From: Octopus vulgaris | Lineage: Eukaryota | Length of the DNA stretch: 64,000 nucleotides | Direction: 5' to 3' | Assembly: GCA_951406725.2 (NCBI GenBank) | Contig: OX597821.1 | Coordinates: forward strand, 107,942,001 to 108,006,000 | Part shown: positions 40,983 through 55,839 of the stretch, in pieces | Numbering within the stretch: position 1 is the stretch's first letter | Layout of the letters: every line of letters starts with the position of its first letter | Program-made: the position numbers and the translations under genes | Notes under the pieces: generated by a model | Database searches by the model: none | Told to the model about the DNA's origin: nothing | What the model saw: the letters and a program-made list of their open reading frames with translations, nothing else

Positions 40983-41956
40983 CATAATGAATGTTTAGAG
41001 CATGCAATTAATTAACCAGATTGTGATGTTTCTTGAATTTTCTCAATTAAAGAAGACGGCGTTGCGACCGTTATTGTTGTTGTTATTGATGTTGTTGTTA
41101 GTATTGTTGTTGTACTTTGGTTATGTAGTTTTTTTCTTTTTCTTTTTCTCTTTCTTTCTTTCTTCAACATTCTTCACATCTCTCAGAATGATTCACCTCA
41201 GACCATAATCGTCATTCCGTGCCGAAACCATGTCGGATTCTTCGAGTTCGACCAACAGACAGAATCCTCACACTCTCTCCTCTCTGCCACTGCCACCAAA
41301 CCAACAAACCAACTACCACCACGACCACCACCACGACCACCACCACAACCACCATCACCAAAACCACCACCACCACCACTACCACCACAAATGCCGCAAC
41401 ATGTCTATCATACTCATTAGAGGAACTCCCTTGAGTCACACAATTCGCAAGAATACCTCGTAGGGTTGTAGAAACACATACATACATACAAACAACCACA
41501 AAGACACATTCACACACATATGTACACACATGCATATACATACATATATATATACATATATGCATACAATATATATAAATGTGTGCATATACACGTATAA
41601 CAGCATGTAGGGAGAAAGAGAGAGATACAGAGAGAGAGAGAGAGAGAGAGAAAGAGACAAAGTGAGAGAGAGAGATAGAGAAGGAGAGAGAAAGAGAAGG
41701 AGAGAGAGACATTGAGAGATATGTTAACATGTACACAATCGTGCAATTAAGTTAATGTATGTCTGCAGAAACGAACACTCTGGGGAATTGCTCAACCGCC
41801 GTTCACAGGCAGACGCCACTGCAACCTTGCATACAAGCATGCATACGTACATATATGCATACACACACACACGCACACATATATGTATATATATATATGT
41901 ATATATATGCATACATGCATAAATACATATATACATAGGCATATATGCATACGAAC

Positions 41957-41988
<32 letters not shown>

Positions 41989-42686
41989 GCATACATACAT
42001 GCAAACATTCAAACATATATACATATATACATACATACGCATACGCACATACATATATATAGGCATACATGCATGTATACATACGCATACGTGCATACAT
42101 ACATATATGTACATATATATATATATATATATATGCATACATGCATATATGCATGCGTACATACATACGTATACGTACATGCATATATATATGCATACCA
42201 ACATACATACATGCATATGCATACGAACAAATATATATGACGATGCATGCATACATGCGTATATACATATATACATACGCATACGTACATACATATATAT
42301 ATGCATACATACATGCATCCATACATATATACATACATACATGCATATGCATACGTACATACATACATACACACACACATACACACACATACATATATAT
42401 ATGCATACATGCATACTCATACGTACATACATACATATATATATATATATGTGTATGTGTGTATGTGTGTATATATGTGTGTATGTGTGTATGTGTGTGT
42501 GTGTATGTATGTATGTATGTATGTATGTGCGTATGCATATGCATGTATGTATGTATATATGTATGGATGCATGTATGTATGCATATATATATATATATAT
42601 ATGTACGTATGCGTATGTATATATGTATGTATATATGCATGTATGCATATATATATATATATGCATACATGCATACCCATACGTAC

Positions 42687-42722
<36 letters not shown>

Positions 42723-43535
42723 GCATGCATGCATACATCCAAACGCATATATAATACATGCATATAATATATATGCATCACATGTATATGTATTGATTGT
42801 TAGCTTCTTTTGGCGATACGCACGTACACACACACACCCACACACACATACACACACACACATACACACACACACATGCACACACACTTGTATACATCCA
42901 CTCGCACGTTCTCCCACCAATCCTACTGAAGCCTCTCTGCATGACAGCTCGATCTGTTGCTAGAAAGTGAAGCCAGTTTGCATCGAATCATACTTCTACC
43001 TTGTTAGACACGTGACGATGCATTAGAGAATGCAATCCTTGATGGTACGAAAATGACAGGAATGGCATAGCTGGAGCGGCTATGATCGCATGTCTACTTA
43101 ACCAGCATTGACCTAGGGCGAAATATGAACAACAACAACAACAACAATGTATACACATATATTTTACCTTGCTTCAGCAAATGGACTGAGGCCATACTGG
43201 AGCATCATCTTGAAGGGTTTTAGTCGAACAAATCACCCCGAGTATTCATTATTTATTTATTTATCTTTTCTTAAGTCTGGTTCTTATTTAGTCGTTCTCT
43301 ATTGATGAACTGCTAGTTTACGTTGGACGCAAACAACCCAACAACGGCTGTCAAGCGATAGAAGTACAAACACGAACACAAACGCACTCACATACACTCA
43401 GACACGCACACACACAGACACACAGACATACAGACACACGAATAGTTTCCACTTTCTATCACCCAGACTCACGAGGTCCTGGTCGTCCTGGGGGACATCT
43501 GCCCAAGACGCGTGCAATAGCAAAGCCGAGGCTGG

Positions 43536-43628
<93 letters not shown>

Positions 43629-43733
43629 CTGTCTTTCACCTACTTTTCTCTCATTTGAGCCTTCTCTTTCTTCCTCTATCTCTGTGTATGTATGTACGTA
43701 TGTACGTATATATGTACGTATGTATGTATGTAT

Positions 43734-44710
43734 GTGCAGATTTGTATGTTTTATGTATGTATTCCCTTGCATATAGCTACATATCTAGACATGCTCATAT
43801 AAATTTAAGTGATAAACTTCAGGAAAGTTTTACAGATTTTTATTGTTCCAGTGATGGATTGGATCTGTAGTCTTCGAATTAGCTTTCTCCTTTCTGGTTT
43901 TGAGAAGCCTAATCTCTCAAGATTGGTATTTAGGCAGTGCGTTACATATCCCAGAGCCCCGATAATTACAGGTATTAAACCTGAACTTGTAATCTGGATA
44001 GAGTAACTGCAGATTTCTCAACAGTTAAGCGTAGGTATTCTCTTTTTCACTGATCTTCAGCTTTATGTTAACACCCACTGAGCAGCTAATTTCCACAACT
44101 GTGCACAGTTTCTCTTCTTATCTCTAATCATTATATCAGGCCTGTTGTGATTACATTTCATTGAGGTCTTCACTGCTACATTCCACCAGTACTCCTTCTT
44201 ATTATGAATGGCTGTGGCTTCAATCGTATTTCTTTGTCCTCGGGATTATCCTTCCGACGGATTTCATTATAGAATGTCCTAGCTACAACATCATGCCTCA
44301 TCGGTAGATAATACTGTGATGACATTTTCAGACAACTGCTTATGATGCGGGCGATATCTTCAGTGTGAACTCCACAACGTAAGCATCGGTTGTCATATTT
44401 TACAGCTTTTCCTGCGTTTCTATCTCTTTTGTGCATCAGGTACTTGGTTAATATTTCCTGTTCCTGGAATGGAAATATATACCCTTCAAAGTGGAAGATA
44501 GTAATCCGGCTTGTGCTCCATAATAAACTGCTTTGATGATCGATGTTACTATCATCACGGAGCTTTCTACTAATATATCCACGCATAGTCTTTTGCTCAT
44601 ATAGGCTCATCCGTCCATCTGATGATACGTTGCAGTAGAGTCGTGCGACTTCTTTGGGCAGAGCGTTGCTCAAGGAGCTGCCTTCCAAGCTTTATGATCT
44701 CATAATGGAT
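43734..44710 (-). mobile_element. 5'-truncated R4/Dong-clade non-LTR retrotransposon (CCHC + restriction-like endonuclease)
   Basis: FEGYIF..QEQEI..CLRCGVHTEDIARIISSC..RHDVVA, then NHNRPDIMIRD..VVEISC..K..Y and IPVIIGALGYV. Frameshifted. (TACA)n at both ends. Confidence 0.9.
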
Positions 44711-44769
44711 GTATGTATGTATGCATATATGTGTGTATATATATATATATGTATGTATATATATATATA

Positions 44770-44997
44770 TTTCCTTCCGGTCTTTCAAAATGTGACTTCG
44801 TGTGTACCGTTGGAGATTTGTTTTCCTCTGTCTTCCCTTCTCTGGATCTTTCCTTCTCCTATGTTTCCGACGAAGAGCTCCGCTCGAAACGTTATACCCT
44901 CCTTCTTTCCTTCTTCCCTGAGCGTCCAATAATACTATATTTGTTCCACGTCCTCGAGTTGTTGTGCTTTTTTGTGCTTTCTTGTTTCGATTAACTT
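44770..44997 (+). mobile_element. Repeat family H1 with hammerhead-like motif at 44863-44897
   Basis: GTTT-CCGACGA-AGAGC-TCC-GCTC-GAAAC-GTT-ATAC. TA-flanked. Confidence 0.7.
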
Positions 44998-45017
44998 TAT
45001 ATATATATACATATATA

Positions 45018-45087
<70 letters not shown>

Positions 45088-45355
45088 CCAAAGTGTACGC
45101 CGCTATATGTTTTATATATAAAAAATACAAAATGGCACAAGAACGCAAAACATCCAGACAGTTAGGTGACATCACATTGCTTCACGCTTCATATGCATAT
45201 ACACGGAAAAACACATACACATCCATATACATATGCGTATATACATAACCTATCTGCTATGACTTTATGTGTGTGGGTCTGTGTGCCTATGTTTGTATGA
45301 ATGTAGGTATATTATGTATGTATATACATATGTATAAATCTATATTTATTTATGT

Positions 45356-45399
<44 letters not shown>

Positions 45400-45607
45400 A
45401 CGAGCACAGTAGCTAGAAGAGAAACGAGATAGAAAAGCGTGGCGCACGACTTGGCCTCCATAACGTAACAAGGCCGTGACAAGCCTCCAGTCTATCGGCG
45501 GTTAATTAATATTCATGAGGTAGCGTGTAAAAATTCCCTCCTCTGCCTACCACCCTATCATATTCATTCGCTCTCTCTTTGCCGCAATCTATAACCCACT
45601 CTTTTTC

Positions 45608-45696
<89 letters not shown>

Positions 45697-46081
45697 TCCT
45701 CTCTACATAATCCAAATATTCGATATTGTTGAGTATGCGATGGCGCTGTTGTCGACACTGAAAGCAGACATGCGAACTTGCTGGCCAGCTGGTCAGTCGG
45801 TCTAGTTGTTAGCTGATCGGTTGGATTGCTGGCTGGCTGGCTGGTTGGCTAGCTGGTTGACTGGTTGGTTTGTACAGAGTGGTTGTACGAACCATCGTCT
45901 GTGGTTATGTAGCATAGAAATGTATGTATGTATGTATGTATATATGTATGTATATATATACACACATACATATGTATCTATGCATGTATGTATGTATGTG
46001 TGTATGTATGTATGTATGTATGTACGTACGTGTATATGTTTTTGTATGTATGCATGAATGATGTGCCTATATATGTATATG

Positions 46082-46127
<46 letters not shown>

Positions 46128-46241
46128 ATTGTATACACACACATATATATGTATATATGTATATACATACATATATATATATATACACACATATATATAC
46201 ACACTTATATATACGTATATATATATATGTATATATATATG

Positions 46242-46281
<40 letters not shown>

Positions 46282-46469
46282 CATATATATACACATACAT
46301 ATATATATATATATGTATGTACACATACATATGTATGTATGCATGCCTGTATGTATGTATGTATGTATGTATGCGCGTGCGCATGAGTATGTGTGTTCTC
46401 TTCATTTTGTGACTTTCTGAAGTATTCCCCTCGAGATGGAGCTGGTTGGAATGAAGATAACGAAAACAA

Positions 46470-47620
46470 TGTCACAATTTAAACTGGAGCAAAGTCTTTC
46501 ATATTTATACTGTTCCACTTACATATTCTGTTTGTAATGTGCGAATTAGATGGTTGATTTATTTTTCTGAAAATCCAAGCTGATCCTGAGCGACAATTGG
46601 GAATTTTTTCTCAAAACAAAGTACTCCAATTATTATTGGTATAAATGTAAATTTATAACCCGTATACAGAAGCTGGTTTTTCCGAAGCAATTGTCTATAG
46701 TTATCTTTTTTCTCTTTGATTTTCAAAGAGATATTCACATCAGCCGGAGAACTGACTTCTATGACGGTACATCCTAAAGGCGGTGGCGCGCTGGGTGAAA
46801 TGCTTAGCGGTATTTAGTCTGCCGTCACGTTGTGAGTTCAAATTCCGCCGAGGTCGACTTTGCCTTTCATCCTTTCGGGGTCGATAAATTAAGTACCAGT
46901 TACATACTGGGGTCGATGTAATCGACTTAATACCTATGTCTGTCCTTGTTTGTCCCCTCTATGTTTAGCCCCTTGTGGGTAATAAAGAAATAGGTACATC
47001 CTTTTTTCTGTCTGTCCCAAATAACAATATCCGGCTCACATTTGAGATATATTTTGATGGGAATGTTCCACCAGTATTCCTTGTGCTGGTATTTGTGTAC
47101 GTATTTAATAACAGGGGTTTCTCTATATTTATTCCAGAACAATCTTTTTTCCGAATGGCATTCTATATTGTTTTTGTGTCAACGTCATGTCACATGGGGA
47201 CTTTAACGACATTTTTGGCTAGCTGCTAAACACATGTGATGTCTTCCACACAAATATGAAATAATCTACATTTACGGTTGTGCCTATGAACTCCAAGGGT
47301 TTTTATGTCATGTTCTTGGATTACAAATGCATAGCCTTCGAAGTGTGATGTGATATTGCGGTCAGGTGTTCAAGCAATGTTTCACTTCATATCGATATTA
47401 CTGCCTTCAAGTCTTTGTGAAACATATCCATGCATAGCCATTTTTTCTGACATTTTTCTTTTTTAATAATGATCGTTTTATATCCAGGTCTTCTTTGAGA
47501 TATGCTAGTCCGAGTGATTTGGCGTTGTATGGGAGGTCATCAGGATGAGAGTGATTCTTGTGGAATTCACCTTCTGACAGACAGGGTATTGTTTCCTTCA
47601 CTTTTTAGCACTAAGTTTAT
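46470..47620 (-). mobile_element. Second, more decayed R4/Dong-clade LINE 3' region
   Basis: HFEGYAF..QE, RHDV, EYWWNIPIK..PDIVIWDRQKKGC|TVIEVSSPADVNISLKIKEK..FTFIPIIIG. Confidence 0.85.
46776..46992 (+). mobile_element. SINE family B insertion with 10-bp target-site duplication
   Basis: GGTACATCCT at 46766-46775 and 46993-47002; interrupts the RLE coding sequence. Confidence 0.92.
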
Positions 47621-47989
47621 GCATTTAGTTTGCTAATAAGTTATAGGGGTGCAAACAAAGAAACACCGATTGTGAGGCGGAACAAAAGCAAACACACACA
47701 AACACACACTTTAAACAAATCTGCGAGCGAAAAGGTCGTCTTTGGTTTGTAGCTCATTAACAAGAACTAATTATACTCATTTTATATACTGAGCCGACTT
47801 CCATAGGTGAGCCATACACAATATCCGTCAACTAAGTATGCCAAGACATTATTTAACCCACGGTGAGGGCAGGTCACTTGTCCGTGGTACCTTGCAGTAT
47901 AATCGGTACCAGAACCACCTGTTCATCAAATGAACATATATACACACACATACATACATGCATACATACGTACATACATACATACATAA

Positions 47990-48092
47990 ATAAAATCAGA
48001 AAGGCTAAAGCTAATTCGAAGACCACAGATCCAATCCATCACTGGAACTGTAAGAATACATACGTAAAACAAAACATACAAATCTGCACATA
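47990..48092 (+). mobile_element. Short 3' piece of the same R4/Dong family as 43734-44710
   Basis: AAAGCTAATTCGAAGAC.ACAGATCCAATCCATCACTGGAAC..AAACATACAAATCTGCACA, with (ATAC)n on both sides. Confidence 0.85.
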
Positions 48093-48246
48093 TACATACA
48101 TACATACATACATACATACATACATACATACATACATGCATACATACATACATACATACATACATACATACATGCATACATACATACACAAACATACATA
48201 CATATGTACATGCATACATACATACATACATACATACATACATACA

Positions 48247-48277
<31 letters not shown>

Positions 48278-48282
48278 GTACA

Positions 48283-48313
<31 letters not shown>

Positions 48314-48322
48314 GTACATACA

Positions 48323-48353
<31 letters not shown>

Positions 48354-48366
48354 GTACATACATACA

Positions 48367-48397
<31 letters not shown>

Positions 48398-48446
48398 GTA
48401 CATACATACATACATACATACATACATACATACATACATACATACA

Positions 48447-48480
<34 letters not shown>

Positions 48481-48484
48481 CATG

Positions 48485-49395
48485 ACTGTTTCCATCCACC
48501 AAATCCACCCACAAGTTTTGGTCGGCTCGAGGCTTTCCTCCCAGCCACATGGTTCTAAGTTCAGTCCCACTGCGTGGCACCTTCGGCAAATGTCTTCTAC
48601 TATAGCCTCGTGCCGACCAATGCCTTGTGAGTGGATTTGGTAAACGGAAACTGAAAGAAGCCCGACGTATATATATATCTTTTATCTTTTATCTTTTTTT
48701 TACTTGTTTCAGTCATTGACTGCGGCCATGCTGAGCACCGCCTTTATAGCAAATCGACCCCGGGACTTATTCTTTGTAAGCCCAGTACTTATTCTATCGG
48801 TCTCTTTTGCCGAACCGCTAAGTGACGGGGACGTAAACACACCAGCATCGGTTGTCAAGCAATGCTAGGGGGGCAAACACACACACATACACACACACAA
48901 ATATATATCTACATATATACGACAGGCTTCTTTCAGTTTCCGTCTACCAAATCCACTCACAAGGCATTGGTCGGCCCGGGGCTATAGCAGAAGACACTTG
49001 CCCAAGATGCCACACAGTGGGACTGAACCCGGAGCCATGTGGTTGGTTAGCAAGCTACTTACCACACAGCCACTCCTGCGCCACGCACACAAATATATAT
49101 ATATTTGTGTGTCTGTGTTTGTACCTCCTACCACCATCATTTGAAAATCGTTGTTGGTGTGTTTACGACCCCGTAACTTTGCAGTTTGGTAAAATGTGAT
49201 CGATAGAATAAGTACTAGACTTACAAAAAATAAGTCCTGAGGTCGATTTTTTACGACTAAAAGCGGTGCTCCAGCATGGCCGCCGTCAAATGACTGAAAC
49301 GAATGAATGAGAAAATGAGTATAAAATATATAATATTCTTTTATTCTTTTACTTGTTTCACTCATTTGACTGGGGACATGCTGGAGCACCACCTT
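48485..49395. mobile_element. Nested SINE family A cluster: plus head 48538-48668, minus full copy 48690-49082, plus tail 49105-49310, small minus fragments
   Basis: Family A motifs in alternating orientation. Confidence 0.85.
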
Positions 49396-50581
49396 TATTA
49401 ATAAGAGTTATAATTGTAATTGTTTCTTTTTAAACAGTGAATGGTTATGAGGGTCCACCCGAATAAAATAGGAATTGAACGGGTTCATTGGTAAAAGATG
49501 GGGTTGAAATTGGGGCTTCGGTGCTAGGTTGGTTAAAGAATTAAGACAAACGAAAATCATTTCGCCGTCTGCACGCAAAAATATTGAATATAGGTTGCCT
49601 CGTTTTCGTTGGCACGAATCTATGTTAACTCACTTCTTCTTGCACACACGTACAAGCATGTACACACACACATACACACACACTTGAACACACATACACA
49701 CACAGACACTCACTCAGTAACATCTACGCCATCTTTCTCTCACTGGATCTCTCTCTCTCTCTCTCTTTTCCTTTCTCTTTCTCTCTTTATATTTTCCCCT
49801 CGTTCATTTAATCTTTTTTATGTATGTATGTACGATTGATGTGCAAGCTATGTGTATATTTTTCTATACATAAATGTGTATTTGTGTGTGAGTATACACA
49901 CATATATACATGCATGCATACATGCATAAATACATACATGAATACATACATACATACACACAAAATTGCATACATACATGCATACATGCATACATACATA
50001 CAATCATACATACATGCATGCATACATGCATGCATATATACATGCATACATGCATACATACAAGCATACATGCATGCATACATGCGTACATACATGCATA
50101 CATTAATGCATGCATACATACATAAATACATACATGAATACATACATAAACACAAAATTGCATACATACATGCATACATGCATACATACAAGCATACATA
50201 CATGCATGCATACATGCGTACATACATGCATACATACATATATGCATGCATACATACATACATGCATAAATACATACATACACACAAAATTGCATACATA
50301 CATGCATACATACATGCATACATGCCTACATACATACAATCATACATACATGCATGCATACATGTATGCATACATACATGCATACGTACATGCATACATA
50401 CATATATGCATGCATACATACATGCATAAATACATGCATACATACATGCATACATACAATCATACATACATGCATACATACATACATGCATACACATGCA
50501 TGCTCACGGATTTGAAGACAAAGGGATAAATGCAAAGATGAAGCTCAGGCATTGTGATAATAATAATAATTATAATTAAAA

Positions 50582-50637
<56 letters not shown>

Positions 50638-50671
50638 TCACCACCACTACCACAACCATCACCACCACCAC

Positions 50672-50718
<47 letters not shown>

Positions 50719-50755
50719 GTGAAAAAATATATTACAGCATATACATTATATATGA

Positions 50756-50802
<47 letters not shown>

Positions 50803-50906
50803 CACACCACACACATATGTATATACATTATACACATGCATCTGTATATACATACGCATACCACATGTACACACACGCATATATATTTATATACATATAC
50901 GGATGA

Positions 50907-50964
<58 letters not shown>

Positions 50965-51005
50965 ATGTATTGATATATATATATATATATATATATGGAT
51001 GTATT

Positions 51006-51043
<38 letters not shown>

Positions 51044-51716
51044 ATATATATATATGTATATATATGTATTTATACAAGGACACACACACACGCATATAGA
51101 CGCAATATATACATATGTGCGCGCGCACCTATGTGGTTTATCACATACATACATTCTACGTATCTATCTAGACCATGTAGTAGTCATCTTACTTCGGGCT
51201 TCCTCATACATTCAATGATGTATATTGATAAATAATATAGCGAGAGCCGTTGAGTTATTACTATATCTTGCTTCTGTAGTTAGTCGTGTTGTGTTGAGCA
51301 CCATAAAGGATAGGATTTCTATGAAATTTTGCCTAATTTTTCCTGTTACGGTTTAAAATTAATTATCACATGTTGACTTGATGTAGCTGGATTCACTTAC
51401 GTTTGAACACATATAAGAACACACACACACATACACAAAACGCGTTATTAAGTTGATGAGCTGATAGATGTCTTAATCAAAATTGTAACTGAGATTACAA
51501 AGTAATTAAGCAGATATATATTCGGTACGGATTATTTAATCGTAGATGTTAATATGCATTTAAGTAAAAGGTTCTTGTTGGGAAAATGTTAGTGTATTTG
51601 TGTGTATGTGTGTGTGTATGTGTGTGTGTGTTTATATATTCATGCTTAATTTAATGTCTTGTAATAAAAACAGTTTTACATCAAAGATATGTGTTGTGTG
51701 CACTTGTATGTGTACG

Positions 51717-51812
<96 letters not shown>

Positions 51813-51884
51813 TGCGTGTGTGTATGGATTCATATATATATATATATATATGCATGTATGAGTGTGTGTATATATGTATATATT

Positions 51885-52275
51885 ATTTTATTCTTTTACT
51901 TGTTTAAGTCATTTGACTGCGGCCATGCTCGAGCACTGCCTTTAGTTGAGCAAATCGACCCCAGCACTTATTCTTTGTAAGCCTAGTACTTATTGTATCG
52001 GTCTCTTTTGCCGAACCGCTAAGTTTCAGGGGACATAAACACACCAGCATCGGTTGTCAAGCGATGTTGGGGGGACAAACACAGACGCACAAACATATAT
52101 ACACACACATACGCATACATATACATATATATGCCGGGATTCTTTCAGTCTCCATCTACCAAATCCACTCACAAGTCTATGGTCGGTCCGAGGCTATAGT
52201 AGAAGACACTTGCCGAACGTGACACCGGAACCATGTGGTTGGTAAGCAAGCTTCTTAGCGCACAGTCACTCTGCG

Positions 52276-52280
<5 letters not shown>
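51885..52280 (-). mobile_element. SINE family A, near full length
   Basis: Reverse complement of head, linker and tail. Confidence 0.85.
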
Positions 52281-52359
<79 letters not shown>

Positions 52360-52392
52360 GAATGTATGTATGTATGTACACACGCACACATA

Positions 52393-53515
52393 CGAGGTGC
52401 GTTTTAAAAGTATACGACTTTGTTTTTTCTACTAAAACCATTTCCGCATGGGCGAAATCCTTTGGATTAGAAGTGACCCCAACCTTCCTGCGCATACGAG
52501 AAAATCTTCGCGCCCGTAGGTTGCGTAACTTCTCGGCTTTTACGTCCAGGAGTACAGACGTGCAGTGCATCCCCATCGGACATTCGTATTCACGTAAGAT
52601 AACGAAACGCATCGAGCAGAGATCTAGCATCAAGATTTGGTGATACTCAAGTTCATATACTCCAGAAGACTCCGAAGGTCCTTGGCGATGATGCCATCGA
52701 CAAATCTCAGATGAAGAAGCAGTACAGCCGTTTCGAACATGGCTCAACCTCAGTGGCGAGCGAGAAATTCTCAGACAAGTCATTCACAAGCCGAAACGGG
52801 GAGCCCCTTGAGAAGGCTCAGCCAATAGCCAGAGGAATTCGTCGTGTGACAATCCTGGAAATTCGTCACGAAGTGAGAATAGGCACAGGGTCAGTGGTCC
52901 CATTTGTTTGCTCAAGTTAAGCTGATAGGATCTGTTAAGCGATTTTTCTAGTCAAGTTTTGTGGAATCATGGCCCACCCAAGTAGAAAGCTGATGTTTGC
53001 TAAGATGAAAGTACTAATAGGAGCTTGTCTAGAATCCCTCAAAAAACTTTGTCCTGGTATTGTTTCAGGGCTATTTGATCTTTTTCTTCCGTGATCTCTT
53101 TTGGAATAATATTAAATACATGCGGAGTGTATCGGCGGAAAAATAAAATCGGTAAGTTTTTGAAAGGACCTCGTAATCGAATCAGTTCTAGTCAAGAGCA
53201 ACACACCACTTGTTCGACAGGCACTCTATTCCCCCAACTTGGCACCGTGTGACTTCTGTCTCTTCTCCAAACCGAAAGGCACACTGAAAAGGAAACAATT
53301 GACTCGCGAAAGGAAATTATGGGAAAAGAAAATGGCAGAGCTTCATAGTATTACAGAAGAGGCATTCCAGTGGTGTTACTAGCAGTGGCAGAACCGCCGG
53401 AAGAAGTGTGTGAACTCCCAAGGGGAGTATTTTGAAGGTTATTAGATAAAATTTGTGAAATGTACAAAACCGTCTTTCTATTCCCAAAGGTAGGATTCTT
53501 TTTGAACGCAACTCG
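52393..53515 (+). mobile_element. Composite mariner relic with TIRs and TA flanks
   Basis: TA|CGAGGTGCGTTTTAAAAG and CTTTTTGAACGCAACTCG|TA. Peptides IEQRSSIK, EVRIGTGSV, YSPNLAPCDF and WQNRRKKCVNSQGEYFEG. An extra TIR-like end lies at ~53140-53173. Confidence 0.88.
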
Positions 53516-53760
53516 TATTCATACACACACATATACCTCGTGACTGTATCTGGGATTCCCGAGCGTCTACCAAAGGAGCAGAATAGTTTGTGTTTACGCA
53601 TGCGCACGGGTTTACACATACACTCACAACACACACATACAAATACACACAAACACACACACGTATACACACAACACGATTATGTATGTTTATGGCGTGT
53701 GCATATGCATATGTATGTGTGTATGAGTGTGCGTGTTTAGAGATGTATGTACACACACAT

Positions 53761-53803
<43 letters not shown>

Positions 53804-53899
53804 AACAAGTATATATGAAACGTTAGTCAGTTGTTAAAATGTAATACGAAGAAAAGAGAATAAGGCATGTAAGGGCACGTTTTAGAGAGGTAACGTGAT

Positions 53900-54556
53900 A
53901 AAAGCAAATTGCACTGATGATGAGAGAGTGATAGAGACAATGTCTAGAAAGTGAAATAAATTTCTGAATGATAGTAGGATTGAAATGAAGAACTCTAAAA
54001 AATGGCAGATTTAACTTCTGAGAAAAATAATAAACGTATAAATCTTAAAATTACATAAAAAAAACTTGGATAAGGTCAGATATATTTCAGCAAATGTTTG
54101 CTCAAGTTAAGCTGATAGGATCTGTTAAGCGATTTTTCTAGTCAAGTTTTGTGGAATCATGGCCCACCCAAGTAGAAAGCTGATGTTTGCTAAGATGAAA
54201 GTACTAATAGGAGCTTGTCTAGAATCCTTCAAAAAACTTTGTCCTGGTATTGTTTCAGGGCTATTTGATCTTTTTCTTCCGTGATCTCTTTTGGAATAAT
54301 ATTAAATAGATCAGAACCTGATCAGTGAAAGAAATTCTGATGCAGTCTGTTTATATATTGAGAGCAAGAACAGTTTGGGTGGGACGGGTGGAGACGTAAG
54401 GTACGTGGTCCCACCTTTGGATGAATTCTGAATTTGATGTTAAGGTCGATTGGACAGTGGTGCTGGTAGATTATCCACATTGTGTGTGTTGGGTGAAAGC
54501 GTGCACCAATATTTAATCTTCCGATTCTTCAATCCATGTTGTATACGGCAGGAAAA
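53900..54556 (-). mobile_element. Decayed 3' end of a CR1/L2-group LINE
   Basis: Minus-strand FNIIPKEITEEKDQIALKQYQDKVF resembles the FN.LP..I...FK..LD.FL C-terminal motif of CR1/L2-group ORF2. Heavily frameshifted. Confidence 0.5.
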
Positions 54557-54570
54557 TATATACACACACA

Positions 54571-54635
<65 letters not shown>

Positions 54636-54646
54636 ATATATATATT

Positions 54647-54692
<46 letters not shown>

Positions 54693-55137
54693 CGTGTGTT
54701 TGTATATACACGCACGTAAATTTAGATGTATATGTACACATACACACACATTTAAATTTATACACACATACATATGTATATAAATATATACATATAGTAT
54801 AACTATCGATCTACCTAGATTGACACACACACACATATATACACACACTCACACAGACACACACACATATATATATATATACAGCTATATATGCGTGTGA
54901 GTATGTGTGTGTGTTTGTATATGTACGCACGTATATATGTTTACACAGACACGCGCGTAAATTTAGATGTATATGTTAACACGCACACACACATACACAC
55001 ATATACACACATATATATATATACATATATACATATACATATTTATATATATCTACCTATATAAATACACACAGATATATACATATATCTGTATTTATAT
55101 ATGTATAAATAGATGTGTGTATTTTTCCCTTGTTAAC

Positions 55138-55236
<99 letters not shown>

Positions 55237-55293
55237 CACACATACATACACACACTCACTCACACATACACACACGCACACACCCACACGCGT

Positions 55294-55342
<49 letters not shown>

Positions 55343-55609
55343 AACATACATGAGTGTAGATATGTCGATGTACATATAGATTAGAAATATACATACATAC
55401 ATACACACACTCATACATACATACATGCATACATGCATGCATACATACATACATACATACATACATACATACATACATACATACACGCATGCTGAGGTGG
55501 GATACAGAAACTTTCGTCTTGACCTAACATTAAAACCTATTGACTTTCACTGATGTGTTTTATATATAAACGTTATATATATGTGTGTGTGCGTGTGTGT
55601 TTGTGTGTG

Positions 55610-55652
<43 letters not shown>

Positions 55653-55794
55653 GCGTGCGTGTGTGTGTTATATATATATATATATATTACATATATATAT
55701 TATATACATATGTACACATAAACATATATATATGCATGTATGCATATGTATATATATATACATTTATAAGCATACACACTTGTGTATACGTCTG

Positions 55795-55839
<45 letters not shown>

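Noticed and set aside
45515-45560. let-7-like TGAGGTAG
   Set aside because: Only the first 8 nt match and there is no convincing precursor hairpin.
45742-45762. RE1/NRSE-like GGCGCTGT..CTGAA
   Set aside because: Five mismatches in the conserved core; probably chance.
53914-53955. CTGATGA..GAAA as a hammerhead
   Set aside because: No supporting stems or cleavage triplet.
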